This document shows positions 50,705 through 61,331 of a DNA stretch of 64,000 nt, piece after piece. The notes under the pieces are model-generated. The model was not told where the DNA came from. It saw only the letters and a program-made list of their open reading frames with translations, and did not search any database. The first letter of the stretch is position 1, and each line of letters starts with the position of its first letter. Both the position numbers and the translations under genes were made by a program. The DNA is from an uncultured Methanoregulaceae archaeon. GTDB lineage: Archaea > Halobacteriota > Methanomicrobia > Methanomicrobiales > Methanospirillaceae. The DNA is taken from positions 96,001 to 160,000 of the forward strand of contig CAWJAX010000005.1 in NCBI GenBank assembly GCA_963841015.1. The letters are read 5' to 3'.

Positions 50705-52481
50705 ATGGCGGAGAATCCGAAGATCAGAACGCCTATTGTCTGCGTCATGGGGCATGTTGATCACGGGAAGACCTCTCTTTTGGACCGTATACGCGGATCC
50801 TCTGTTGTCAGTTCCGAAGTAGGTGCGATTACCCAGCACATCGGAGCGACCATCGTCCCGATAGAAGCGATCCGATCTATGAGTGGGACCATGGGGAAAT
50901 CCATCAATATTCCTGGATTGTTATTCATCGACACTCCGGGGCATCACGCATTCACCACCCTGCGGGCACGTGGCGGGGCATTCAGCTGACATGGCAATCC
51001 TTGTGGTCGATATCAACCAGGGGTTCCAGCCCCAGACAATAGAAGCACTTCAGATCCTGCGGAACTGCCGGACACCCTTTGTCGTTGCAGCCACCAAGAT
51101 TGACCGGATTCATGGCTGGCGGGTATTCGAGAATGAGTCGTTCCTTACATCATTTTCCAAGCAAAACGACCGGGTGAAGGGGGATGTGGAGAACAAGACC
51201 TACGAAATCGTTGGCAAGCTTGCTGAGCTTGAATTTTCTTCAGACCGGTTCGACAGGGTATCTGATTTCAAACGCAACCTGGCAATTGTGCCGGTCAGTG
51301 CACATACCGGAGAAGGCATTTCAGATCTCCTGCTGGTAATGATCGGGCTTGCCCAGCGGTATATGGGAGAGGAACTTGCACTTCTGGTCGAAGGTCCGGG
51401 CGCTGGTACCGTACTTGAAGTCAAGGAAGAAAGAGGACTTGGGACGACGCTTGACGTGATCCTGTATGACGGGACACTTGCGATTGGTGATGAAATTGCA
51501 GTTGCCACACAGGAGGCTGTTGTGGTGACGAAAGTGCGGTCGCTCTTAAAACCCCGCCCCATGAAAGAGATCCTCATTGAAGACAGGTTCGATCGGGTGA
51601 AGTCAGTAGCTGCAGCGGCCGGGATCAAGGTCACCGCTCCGAACCTCGAGAGCGTGATTGCAGGATCGCCGTTTTTTGTAATCCGTGGCAACAGGGAAGA
51701 AGTCGAAGCAAAGATAAAAAAAGAGATGACTGAGATTCACGTCAAACTCGCTGAAGAAGGAATCGTAATTAAGGCAGATACAATCGGGGCTCTGGAAGCA
51801 CTCTGTAAGGAACTTGAGGGAAAAGAAATCGGAGTAATGCGGGCAGAAGTCGGACCGGTAAGCCGGCACGACCTGATTGATACGGAAACCATCAAAAACC
51901 CGGTATTTCGCGTACTTCTCTCGTTTAATACCCAGATCCTTCCTGACGCTTCTGATATGATCAAAAACCCCCTGTATACGCAGGTAAAAGTGTTTGAGGG
52001 AAGAGTAATCTACCAGCTGATCGACCAGTATCTTGCGTGGCGGGACGAGCAGAAACGGCTCCTGGAAAAGCAGCGTTTTGAGCACATTGTGATGCCGGCA
52101 AAAATCCGGCTCCTTCCTGATTGTGTATTCCGTCAAAGCAACCCTGCGGTTGTCGGAGTGCGGGTGCTTGGCGGGAAGCTGCGCAACGATGTTAACCTTA
52201 TAAAAACTGACGGGAAGAAAGTAGGGCATCTCAAATCCATGCAGCTCCGCCAGGAATCCATTCGCGAAGCAGATGCCGGACTTGAAGTTGCGATCTCGAT
52301 TGAGGGTGTTACCGTAGGGCGGCAGCTGAACGTGGGGGATGACCTGTTTGTGGATATTCCGGAGCGTCACGTGAAAGTTCTCGAGCGCGAGATGCTCAAA
52401 ACCCTGAACGTGAGCACACAGGAAATTCTTGGTGAGTTCACGACGATGAAGCGGAAAAGTGAGCCCTTCTGGGGGAAATAG
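50705..52481 (+). CDS. infB: Translation initiation factor aIF5B (IF-2); extra C at 50983
   Basis: [24 protein letters not shown]. Frames join as RGGALAD. Confidence 0.96.
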
Positions 52482-52637
52482 CCATAGAGGTACTTACCAT
52501 TGACGCGAGGATTTAATAGCGTATCAGTATAATAAAATGGGTACTTCTCATGTGTAGGCATAATTGCCGGCAGCCCAGAGACGTGAAAAAATCCAATACC
52601 TGGGTTTTTTGATGAAAATCAATACGGAGCAAAAAAG

Positions 52638-53063
52638 ATGGTTGAGTTAAAAATCGTCGTATCAGACCCAAAAACCGGTCGCGCTTATAATGTGGACGCA
52701 AGTGGCGGCGCCGCGGGTGCAATCGTGGGCAAACGTATCGGAGAGGAAATCGATGCAGGTGCAATGGGACTTGCAGGCTATAAAATCCTGATCACCGGTG
52801 CATCCGATCGGACCGGAATACCCGCAAAAAAGAGCCTGCCGGGCGCAGGGAGAAAAAAGCTGCTCATGACAGCCGGTGTCGGGTTCCATCCGACTATGGA
52901 GGGAGAGCGACGGAGAAAGACTATCAGGTCAAACGAGATCACCGCTGACTTCGTACAGATTAATGCCCGCGTAACTACCTATGGAGACAAAACCCTGGAA
53001 GAACTCTTTCCTAAAGTCGAGGGAGAGAAAGCAGAGAAAAAGGTAAAAGCCGGCAGAAGATAA
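52638..53063 (+). CDS. rps6e: 30S ribosomal protein S6e
   Basis: VVSDPKTG, ITGASDRTG, GERRRKTIR, QIN. Confidence 0.96.
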   Translation: MVELKIVVSDPKTGRAYNVDASGGAAGAIVGKRIGEEIDAGAMGLAGYKILITGASDRTGIPAKKSLPGAGRKKLLMTAGVGFHPTMEGERRRKTIRSNEITADFVQINARVTTYGDKTLEELFPKVEGEKAEKKVKAGRR

Positions 53064-53134
53064 TATATCTTTTTTTTGATTTTTTGTTTTATTTTGCCGT
53101 TTTGAGCAAATAAAAAAAAGAGAGGAACAGATCC

Positions 53135-53587
53135 TTAGATCTTATAGTTAATACTGGCAATGCCATACGGTGTTGAATTCTTCGCTGATACTAACGATTT
53201 CCCGTTTTTAAAGAGCTCTACGGTGATTTCGTGCTTTGTTGATCCATCATCTTTTTTGAAGGTCGCCGAAACGTTTCCCGTTGCATTGGCGATTTCATAG
53301 AGTTTGACACCGGAATTTGGAACGGGTTTTATCATCACGTTGTTGACGCCATAGGTGCCAGAAAATCCACCAAGATAACTGACTTTGACATACACTCCGG
53401 TAACAGGGATAGTAACCTGTGTTGTTGGCTTAACGGTCAGAGTACCTGATACCTGCGTCGGTTGGGTACTGGTTCCTGTGGGCTTCGTGGTAACCTGTGG
53501 TGTAGATTGCTGACTTGTACAACCAGTTATTAGTACAATTCCTACAAGGGACAGAATAACTAAGACCACTACCCATTTTCTAATCAT
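53135..53587 (-). CDS. Hypothetical lipoprotein
   Basis: ITGC lipobox, T/P/Q linker, beta-rich C-terminal domain. Confidence 0.75.
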   Translation of the reverse strand: MIRKWVVVLVILSLVGIVLITGCTSQQSTPQVTTKPTGTSTQPTQVSGTLTVKPTTQVTIPVTGVYVKVSYLGGFSGTYGVNNVMIKPVPNSGVKLYEIANATGNVSATFKKDDGSTKHEITVELFKNGKSLVSAKNSTPYGIASINYKI

Positions 53588-53781
53588 AAAGATCCCTCTT
53601 TGAAAATAGGTTCAGCAATATGCAAGAGTTGTCCCACAAATCCCTTCTGTTTCTCGTCATAAATATACCTCTTCATACTTGTCTGTTGATATATAAGGAA
53701 TAAATGGGCGAAATACTTTGTTGTTACAAGAGCGGTTTTTTGCATCCTGTTATAAGTAAAAAAAACAGACCCCGTAAAAAA

Positions 53782-54243
53782 TTACACTTTTTTCATGCTC
53801 GCTATGAGCGCTTCTCTTAAATCCTTGAAAGGGACATTGTATTTTTTTGCGAGCAGAACGAGTGCTGCCGCCGGGAGAAGATTGCCATCAAACCGCTCTT
53901 TGATGATCTGGTTCATTTCGGAAACTACTTCGGTTTCCTTCATCCCCTGTGCATTTGCAATCCTTCCAATCAGTTCCTGCGATGGGTCATTACGTTCAAA
54001 AATTGAAGAAGTGGGTTTGAATCCAACGGGAATGATAATATCCCTGATATCGAAACGGGGAGAGAAAACGCCATTCGCCTGACCGATAAGTCCGTCTTCC
54101 TCGGCCCGCTGCAATAGCTGATTCGCCTGCTCAGTGCTCATCCACTTACGATCAAGCGCGTAATAATATACCAGCTCGTTCTTTCTCATCCCGGTTTTCC
54201 GGGTATGTTTGAAAGGTGCTGCAACGGTGATCCGAATCGTCAA
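53782..54243 (-). CDS. DUF2240-family archaeal protein
   Basis: VAAPF, LDRKWMS.EQA, IPVGFKP, AALVLLA. Confidence 0.8.
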   Translation of the reverse strand: MTIRITVAAPFKHTRKTGMRKNELVYYYALDRKWMSTEQANQLLQRAEEDGLIGQANGVFSPRFDIRDIIIPVGFKPTSSIFERNDPSQELIGRIANAQGMKETEVVSEMNQIIKERFDGNLLPAAALVLLAKKYNVPFKDLREALIASMKKV

Positions 54244-54662
54244 TTTGAGGCACCCAGAAGGATATTTTTCAGGTCCAGCGCGTCCAGTCCCTCGCCACGC
54301 CCTTCCTTTGCAATATCAATGTCGGTCCTTGATACCTGGTCGGTCAGTCTGATATAGAAGACGTCATTTGCAATCGGAACCTTTCCACCACCGCGAAGTG
54401 CAAGCGCGAGCAGTGATACCTGCATATCAACAGCTTCGGTGATCACTCCCGGGCGCAAGACATCCGGTGTAATGTCCCCAAATGTTGCCCGGTCGACTGC
54501 AATCTTCACCTTTGTCTTTACCTTCACCAGTTCCTTTCCAGTCGTCTTGGTGGACTCTGCATTATCAAGACCTGCAATATGTTTCAGCGTATCGTTAAAC
54601 GGCATTCCCATTGCAAATGAGAGGTCCACCCGCTGAGGAAATCGATAATAGATCCTTCGCAT
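54240..54662 (-). CDS. Hypothetical protein
   Basis: 140-aa ORF overlapping the DUF2240 start by 4 nt. Confidence 0.6.
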   Translation of the reverse strand: MRRIYYRFPQRVDLSFAMGMPFNDTLKHIAGLDNAESTKTTGKELVKVKTKVKIAVDRATFGDITPDVLRPGVITEAVDMQVSLLALALRGGGKVPIANDVFYIRLTDQVSRTDIDIAKEGRGEGLDALDLKNILLGASN

Positions 54663-54833
54663 GATTAGACTATGTGGAGGTCTTAGAGAAAAAAGATTGC
54701 TGAATACCAGTTTTAATCGTTCTTCAAATGACCGTGAAATGCTTTTTTTAATACTGGTGCATTCTCAAACGGGAAAATGCAGATAAAACCTAAAAAATGA
54801 TTAAAAAAAGTCTGTTCCTTGAGGTTTTTTTGA

Positions 54834-55211
54834 TTATTCGAGTAACACCGCATTGATCACGCCGTCCTGACCCGGACGGCTCATGATACGGGCATTTCCG
54901 ATCTCTGTCTTGATGATGGCACCTTTCGTCAGAAGATTTCGCCGTACATAGTTCGGGTTCGCTCCATTCTCAACGACACTCGCGATCGCAACTTTTTTGC
55001 ACTCACCGTTTTTGAGATTGGTCACGTTTGCAAAGCTTGCACGAAGCGCACGGACTTTCTGGTTTGCGCCGGTAGTACGGATATTCTTTCTCCGGTCTTC
55101 ACCGATATGGGTATCTGCGGGTGCGAGCCCGATCTCCGTTCTCCGCTTCATCTGTGCCGGGCGGCGTCTGCCCCCAGTCACTTTTCGTACTGATTCTCCT
55201 TGCCACTGCAT
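54834..55211 (-). CDS. rps8e: 30S ribosomal protein S8e
   Basis: MQWQG.S.RK.TGGR, RRNLLTKGAII, SRPGQDGVINAVL. Confidence 0.97.
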   Translation of the reverse strand: MQWQGESVRKVTGGRRRPAQMKRRTEIGLAPADTHIGEDRRKNIRTTGANQKVRALRASFANVTNLKNGECKKVAIASVVENGANPNYVRRNLLTKGAIIKTEIGNARIMSRPGQDGVINAVLLE

Positions 55212-55425
55212 GGTATCACTCTCAATAATATTTCTGCGGAAACCTGTCCCGAAGATGGTGCTCTATATATTCCCTTCAGAATTATTTATAGTATTTCCCG
55301 ATTGATTCGTGTTCCCTTCCATACCCATACGGATGAGCGAGAGGGATTTGTTTAAACCTCCTGTAATCCTTGGCAAAAAACAAGGGATCTTTTCTCTGTA
55401 CTTGCATCCGGTTTTTTTGTTTTTT

Positions 55426-56073
55426 TTACGAGAGAATTGAATCAAGAAGTGCCATAATACCATCACCGGTCTTCAGGTTGGTGAAAAAGACGGGCATCCG
55501 TGGATTGTACCGATGGATGTCTGATTCCATCCGGTCGAGATTTGCTCCAACAAGGGGAGCGAGATCAACCTTGTTGATCACTCCAATCGTGCAGTCACGG
55601 AACATCATCGGATGCTTGTTTACCACGTCATCACCTTCTGTTGTGCTCACAATTACAATTCTCTTTTCTGCCCCAAGACGGAAATCTGTTGGGCAGACCA
55701 TATTGCCCACGTTCTCAATAAAAAGAATATCAATAGCATTGAGTGGCAGGTGTTCGATTGCGTGTTCTACAAGATGGGCATCAAGATGACATTCCTTACC
55801 GGTATTTGCATTGAATGCAGGGATACCCAATGCCACGATCCGTTTGAAATCATCGTCCCCAAACACATCTCCCGCAATCGCGCCCGCACGCAATCCCTTT
55901 TTTTTAAGCAGGGGAACAAGACGCTCAATGAGTGCAGTTTTTCCCGAACCGATGGCTCCAAGCAGGTCAAATGCCCGGACACCATGGTCTTTCAGGAATT
56001 TTGCATTATTGTCTGCAAGGGTGTTGTTGACGTCGTAAATATCTTTCTCAATCCTGACGTCGATGTGATGCAT
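55426..56073 (-). CDS. hypB: Hydrogenase nickel incorporation GTPase HypB
   Basis: GAIGSGKT, TGKECHLDAH, ENVGNMVCP, NKVD. Confidence 0.96.
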   Translation of the reverse strand: MHHIDVRIEKDIYDVNNTLADNNAKFLKDHGVRAFDLLGAIGSGKTALIERLVPLLKKKGLRAGAIAGDVFGDDDFKRIVALGIPAFNANTGKECHLDAHLVEHAIEHLPLNAIDILFIENVGNMVCPTDFRLGAEKRIVIVSTTEGDDVVNKHPMMFRDCTIGVINKVDLAPLVGANLDRMESDIHRYNPRMPVFFTNLKTGDGIMALLDSILS

Positions 56074-56127
56074 AGTACAAGGTACGAGCGTACACTGTTT
56101 ATACCTTGACCCACAAATTCTCCTGTA

Positions 56128-56403
56128 ATGGCGCAAGGCGAGTGCATATTATATCCCTGCTACTTCAACGCGGCTTATTCACGTCGTCAGGGGCGAAGGG
56201 TGGCACGGAGTCGCGGAGCGAAGGCACCGGTAATCAGTGATCTCGAACGCGCATTGAAACACGCCAATGTTACGTTCAGGATTGAGGAACACCACCACCC
56301 TGCTCACTGGATGCGGCGGGAGGGTCGTATTGTTGCAGAATGGCACGAAGGCAAAGAGGCGCTCATCAAAAAAGTTGCCCAGAAACTCGAGGTGAAACGG
56401 TGA
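56128..56403 (+). CDS. srp19: Signal recognition particle protein SRP19
   Basis: ILYPCYFN...SRRQGRRV, HPAHW...GRI. Confidence 0.93.
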   Translation: MAQGECILYPCYFNAAYSRRQGRRVARSRGAKAPVISDLERALKHANVTFRIEEHHHPAHWMRREGRIVAEWHEGKEALIKKVAQKLEVKR

Positions 56404-57053
56404 GCGGTTCATATGACCTGCATACCCATTCTATCCTTTCTGATGGCGAGATGCTCCCCATCGAATTAATCCGACGGATGGCAGTGCTTGGGTATACGAC
56501 GGTTGCTATCACTGATCATGTTGACGCATCCAATACCACCTCTGTCATTGAATCTCTCGTTCAGATACGGGATTCTGCAAATATTTATGGAGTAAGATTG
56601 CTCTGTGGTGTTGAGATTACTCATGTTCCCCCATCGCAGATAGCAGATCTGGCAAAAACAGCAAAAACTGCCGGGGCAGATATCGTTATCGTTCATGGAG
56701 AGACACCGGTTGAGCCGGTGGCTGGCGGGACAAATCATGCAGCGTGCGGGTGCAAATACGTGAATGTGCTTGCGCACCCGGGACTCATCACTCTTGAAGA
56801 TGCACTTCATGCCGCAAAGAACGGCATTGCACTTGAGATTACGTCGCGTGGCGGGCATAACCGGACAAATGGTCATGTTGCTCAGGTCGCACGTGAAGCA
56901 GCATGTCAGCTTGTTGTAGACTCTGATGCGCATGCGCCCCATGACCTGCTGGATGAGCGCGCGAAATTTGTGGTCGCAAAAGGAGCCGGACTTACTGATG
57001 CTGAGTGCAGACAGGTTATATCTTTAAATATCGACCAGTTTCTGGGTTCCTGA
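56400..57053 (+). CDS. PHP-domain protein (histidinol-phosphatase-like)
   Basis: DLHTHS..SDG, ITDH, GVEITH, VHGET, LAHPG, DSDAH. Confidence 0.9.
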   Translation: MSGSYDLHTHSILSDGEMLPIELIRRMAVLGYTTVAITDHVDASNTTSVIESLVQIRDSANIYGVRLLCGVEITHVPPSQIADLAKTAKTAGADIVIVHGETPVEPVAGGTNHAACGCKYVNVLAHPGLITLEDALHAAKNGIALEITSRGGHNRTNGHVAQVAREAACQLVVDSDAHAPHDLLDERAKFVVAKGAGLTDAECRQVISLNIDQFLGS

Positions 57054-57154
57054 AATTTCTATTTATACCTTTTCTCAATATTTAAATACTAGTGCGTCTT
57101 TCATATATAGATTACTAAATTATTTCATTACCATCGTATCCTGGTGGGTGTTGT

Positions 57155-57378
57155 GTGAAAGTTGTTGGTCGAGCGATGAGCACCATTGGCAATCGGATGC
57201 TCATTATTCAGTGCGATGCCGCACAGCTTCCCCATTGTACAGCGAAGTAACTGATCGTCGGATGAAACCTGTGGGAAAGATACTGGACCTCTTTGGTAAT
57301 ATCAAAAACCCCTATGCAGCTGTACTCTGCCGGGAAAAATGCACTGTCCAGCCGAATGAAAAGCTCTTCGCAAAATGA
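57155..57378 (+). CDS. gar1: H/ACA RNP protein Gar1; one C missing at 57230-57233
   Basis: Corrected MKVVGRAM...LPPLYSEVTD...VGKILDLFGNIKNPY; upstream of tfb. Confidence 0.85.
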
Positions 57379-57449
57379 TGACACCCCTTGGAGTACCAGG
57401 GTCCTCATGCAGAGAAAAATTAAAAAAATGGAAAAATTGGTGATTATTG

Positions 57450-58454
57450 ATGCAGGAAGTTGAAAAATTAAAAGTCCTTCAGAGTGAACGGGAAGCTCTC
57501 AAATTACGCACGAAAGGAAAAGAGACCGAGAAGAAGGCTGAAAACCATACTGAAACCGTCTGCCCGGAGTGCGGGGGCAGACAGACTTGTCCATGACTAT
57601 GAACGGGCAGAACTGGTCTGCCAGGGTTGCGGTCTCGTCATTGATGGCGATTTCATTGACCGGGGTCCTGAGTGGCGTGCATTTGACCACGACCAGCGTA
57701 TGAAGCGCTCACGTGTCGGAGCTCCCATGACATTTACGATTCATGACAAGGGTCTTTCAACGATGATTGACTGGCGCAACCGTGATTCGTATGGCAGGGC
57801 AATCTCATCGAAAAACCGTGCACAGCTCTACCGGCTTCGCAAATGGCAGCGCCGTATTCGTGTCAGTAATGCAACCGAACGCAATCTTGCATTCGCCCTT
57901 TCAGAACTTGATCGTATGGCCTCTGCACTCGGTCTTCCGAGAAACGTCCGGGAGACTGCAGCAGTTGTTTACCGGGATGCGGTGGACAAGAACCTGATCC
58001 GGGGGCGGAGCATTGAAGGTGTTGCCGCAGCAGCACTCTATGCAGCCTGCCGCCAGTGCAATGTACCCGTACCCTTGATGAGATTGCAGAAGTATCCCGT
58101 GTATCCAGAAAAGAGATCGGCAGGACTTACCGGTTCATCTCCAGGGAACTCGGGCTCAAACTTCTCCCGACATCCCCCATTGATTATGTACCACGCTTCT
58201 GCTCCGGGCTTTCACTCAAGGGTGAAGTGCAAAGCCGGGCTGTTGAAATCCTGCGTCAGGCAGGAGAACGTGAATTAACAAGTGGCAGGGGTCCGACCGG
58301 TGTAGCCGCAGCCGCAATTTACATATCCTCTATCCTGGGCGGTGAACGACGCACCCAGCGCGAAGTGGCAGAAGTGGCTGGTGTAACAGAAGTCACTATC
58401 AGGAACAGATATAAGGAACTGGCAGAAAAGTTAGATATCGAGATTATTCTCTGA
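57450..58454 (+). CDS. tfb: Transcription initiation factor B; frameshifts at ~57585 and ~58067
   Basis: CPECGG...ELVCQGCG zinc ribbon, [35 protein letters not shown]. Confidence 0.96.
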
Positions 58455-58469
58455 TATCATTTCATTTTT

Positions 58470-58541
58470 GGGCTCGTAGATCAGGGGTAGATCGTTACGT
58501 TCGCAACGTAAAGGCCGCGGGTTCAATTCCCGCCGGGTCCA
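58470..58541 (+). tRNA. tRNA-Ala(CGC)
   Basis: Cloverleaf with G3:U70 and TTACG-TT-CGC-AA-CGTAA anticodon arm. Confidence 0.96.
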
Positions 58542-58974
58542 TGTTCTAATTTTTTTTAATATTTACATTATAAAAAAAGTTACTTTTTTATTTGTCTCCT
58601 CAACTTCACCTTACGGCATGGCTTAAGGTTTTGCCACCAGCTCCCTGAGGTCGTTTATTGTTGTCAGAATAATCTGGTTACCGGTTTCGGGTTATGGGGG
58701 ATTACAATGTATTCGATAAGTCCGTTTTCCTCCTTTTTTAATTCAATGATGAGTTTGGCCATTTCTATACACTCCGATTCAATATCGCAAAGAAATTATT
58801 AATTTCCTTTGAGTATTTTTTGTGTCCGCTGCTGAATTTTCCTGTTTCCTGCCATTTTTCCATTTCCTGCTGTCTTTTTCAAAACGACCGTGACCAAAAC
58901 GGATATAAGTGACAACTGAACAATAATGATGATATTAATTTATTATCACCCGGTTAAACAATTGAAGGGAAACT

Positions 58975-60105
58975 ATGGTCGGCGTAAATAATACCCATAA
59001 ATCATTCATTCTTATACTGTTTGCTGTAATGCTGTTCGTAATGCCTTCAGCTGCAATCAACACTGCCATTTATGGTGACACCGCAGGTTTCAATCCTGAT
59101 CTCCATAAGGATACTTTCACTATTGTATATTCCCTCCCGGGTTCTTTGGGATCAGATCTCGATACCAACATCACGAAATATACCGACCCCACCGTTGACG
59201 TTATCTTTATGGGGGGCAAGGATACCTTTAGTCCTGCAACTGCATCACTGCTCGAAAAAGCAGTTGCGTCCGGGAAGATCTTCGTGGTGAGCAATAATAA
59301 TTACCAGAAGTTTGATTCCAGTCTGCCAGCTGCAAGTAAAGGTTCCGTAGCGGATGGACAGTATCTTCTCGTGACTGATCCAAATACAACGCTCTCGAAA
59401 ACAATTTTTAGTGGAATACGTACGAACTTCACAAACAATGACCCTGTTTCCAAGCGTTCACCTGCCGAAGCCAAAGCGGGTTCAGTTACACTCCTGAATT
59501 ATGATAATGGCGATCCTGCCCTCCTCTACTGGCAGTATGGGAACGGGTATGTTATTGAATGGACTCCTGTATCGAATAGCAGATATCTGAGCACCACGGA
59601 AGCTGATCTCATCAATCAACGTTTAATCACTTTTCTTGCAAACGAGATGTTACCCAAAACAACGGTCACAACACCCGCTGGAACACCATCGAATGCAGGA
59701 AGTGTCTCAGTTTATTCGTCTCCCCTTGGGGCCAGTGTCCTGATTGATGGAAGGTACTATGGAACTACACCGGCAAACCTGACCGACATTCAGCCGGGAA
59801 ATCATATCATCAGATTGTCGTTGAGTGGCTATTACGATTACGAAGGTACGATCTATGTACTTGCAGGTCAGACAACTCATGCATACGGGACGCTTCCACC
59901 ATTAAACCAGGTCATTTCATCAAATACAGTTACTCCTGTAGCAACACCGATTATTGTTGCAGTACCGGTGACCGCAGAACCCACACCAAAACAGGGAGCT
60001 TTTGAAAATCCTGGTGTGATTGCGGCCATAATAGGGGTTATTACTGCATCTATTGGAGCAATCGCCACGATTTTTTCCCATATATCAAAGGCTAAAAAAG
60101 AGTAA
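58975..60105 (+). CDS. PEGA-domain cell-surface protein with C-terminal TM anchor
   Basis: Signal peptide; VYSSPLGASVLIDGRYYGTTP...PGNHIIRLSLSGY PEGA motif; TM helix plus basic tail. Confidence 0.88.
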   Translation: MVGVNNTHKSFILILFAVMLFVMPSAAINTAIYGDTAGFNPDLHKDTFTIVYSLPGSLGSDLDTNITKYTDPTVDVIFMGGKDTFSPATASLLEKAVASGKIFVVSNNNYQKFDSSLPAASKGSVADGQYLLVTDPNTTLSKTIFSGIRTNFTNNDPVSKRSPAEAKAGSVTLLNYDNGDPALLYWQYGNGYVIEWTPVSNSRYLSTTEADLINQRLITFLANEMLPKTTVTTPAGTPSNAGSVSVYSSPLGASVLIDGRYYGTTPANLTDIQPGNHIIRLSLSGYYDYEGTIYVLAGQTTHAYGTLPPLNQVISSNTVTPVATPIIVAVPVTAEPTPKQGAFENPGVIAAIIGVITASIGAIATIFSHISKAKKE

Positions 60106-60248
60106 GGGGACTTCGGCAGGGATAAATTCCCTTTTTTGCAACTTTGATAATTGACATATTGTATTCTGACTTCACAATTTCAAGAATGATCAGTAACAAC
60201 TATATGGAATCCGCAGAAAAATAGTATACCGCAACCTTTTATTCAAAA

Positions 60249-60320
60249 GGGCTCGTAGATCAGGGGTAGATCGTCACGTTTGCAACGTGAAGGCCACGGG
60301 TTCAAATCCCGTCGAGTCCA
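60249..60320 (+). tRNA. tRNA-Ala(TGC)
   Basis: Cloverleaf with G3:U70 and TCACG-TT-TGC-AA-CGTGA anticodon arm. Confidence 0.96.
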
Positions 60321-60341
60321 CTCGTTTTTCCAGGTAAAAAA

Positions 60342-60788
60342 TCAATCTATCCAGTCAAGTGATACCCGTGGTTTTTCCTGTTCCCCCTGTTTTTCCAGTT
60401 TTTCTTTCACTTTTTTTACCGCAATAATTGCAGGTGACGATTGGTGTTCGTACTGCCCGTAGTCCATATAATCACGAGTTATCCTGTCATCACCACCAAC
60501 AGTAATCTCCTGCATGAGAGATACCTGCTCTTCATTCCCCGGGGATATTGAAGTGTTTTCAATACGGGGTAAATCATAGATCTTCTGCGGTGGATTTTCG
60601 GAGACATGAACTGGTTCCGGCAGGGTAAGCGGGGGAGGAGCTGCTTTCTTGAGCTCCGTGGAAACCGGGGCGGTGGCAGGAGAACCCGGTGAATTACCTG
60701 ACCGGTACATAAGAAACTCCACAAACTCTTCAACTTCTTTTCGCTGTTCAGGAGACAGTCTGTCCAGTTTACTCTCCAAAGATTCCAT
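60342..60788 (-). CDS. Protein with N-terminal DUF2281-like helical domain and disordered tail
   Basis: LDRLSPEQRKEVEEFVEFL followed by a P/S/E-rich region. Confidence 0.65.
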   Translation of the reverse strand: MESLESKLDRLSPEQRKEVEEFVEFLMYRSGNSPGSPATAPVSTELKKAAPPPLTLPEPVHVSENPPQKIYDLPRIENTSISPGNEEQVSLMQEITVGGDDRITRDYMDYGQYEHQSSPAIIAVKKVKEKLEKQGEQEKPRVSLDWID

Positions 60789-61050
60789 GTGATGCGCCAA
60801 AGGATTATCTGATAAATGAAATATCTTTCATTCATCATATTTATAGTCTGTAACCTGGATTACCGCTACTTTTCTGTTCTCTTCACTGTCGTTTACCGCT
60901 TCTTGCCAGGCCAGACCGAAAAAGTGGTACTACTATCGACAGTTAAAAATGTGCAATAAAACGTAAGCACCAGCAGCCAGATGAAAAACATTCCGGCGGT
61001 CGGATGAGGTGGCTCAACAGTTCTTGGATAAAAAAGAGTGGCAAACCGTG

Positions 61051-61275
61051 TCAGATTATTTCATATTTACGAAGTAAAAACCCGCATCCTGCATACAGGG
61101 ATACCAATACGAGAATGATCGCAGACCATAAGAGGATAAACCCGGTATCTCCTGAAACCAGCGCATCCCAGAATTTCTTGATAAAGAACACTATCCCGAG
61201 TGTTATGATGATCAATCCGCCATAAATAATGACGATCGCACCGAAGCCCTGAACGACCATATCGTCCATATTCAC
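61051..61275 (-). CDS. Small two-helix membrane protein
   Basis: Two hydrophobic segments in 74 aa. Confidence 0.65.
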   Translation of the reverse strand: MNMDDMVVQGFGAIVIIYGGLIIITLGIVFFIKKFWDALVSGDTGFILLWSAIILVLVSLYAGCGFLLRKYEII

Positions 61276-61331
61276 TAGTGGGTAATCCGCCTATATGAAC
61301 TCCGCCGTTTCACATCCGCATTCAATTTCGT

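Noticed and set aside
28666-58454. Split ileS, infB, tfb, gar1 and others as pseudogenes or programmed frameshifts
   Set aside because: These are essential genes with otherwise intact motifs and no slippery heptamer or stimulatory structure. The lesions are better explained as motif-associated sequencing errors.
58470-60320. Integrated element bounded by attL/attR in tRNA-Ala
   Set aside because: Both tRNA copies are full-length with different anticodons, and there is no integrase.
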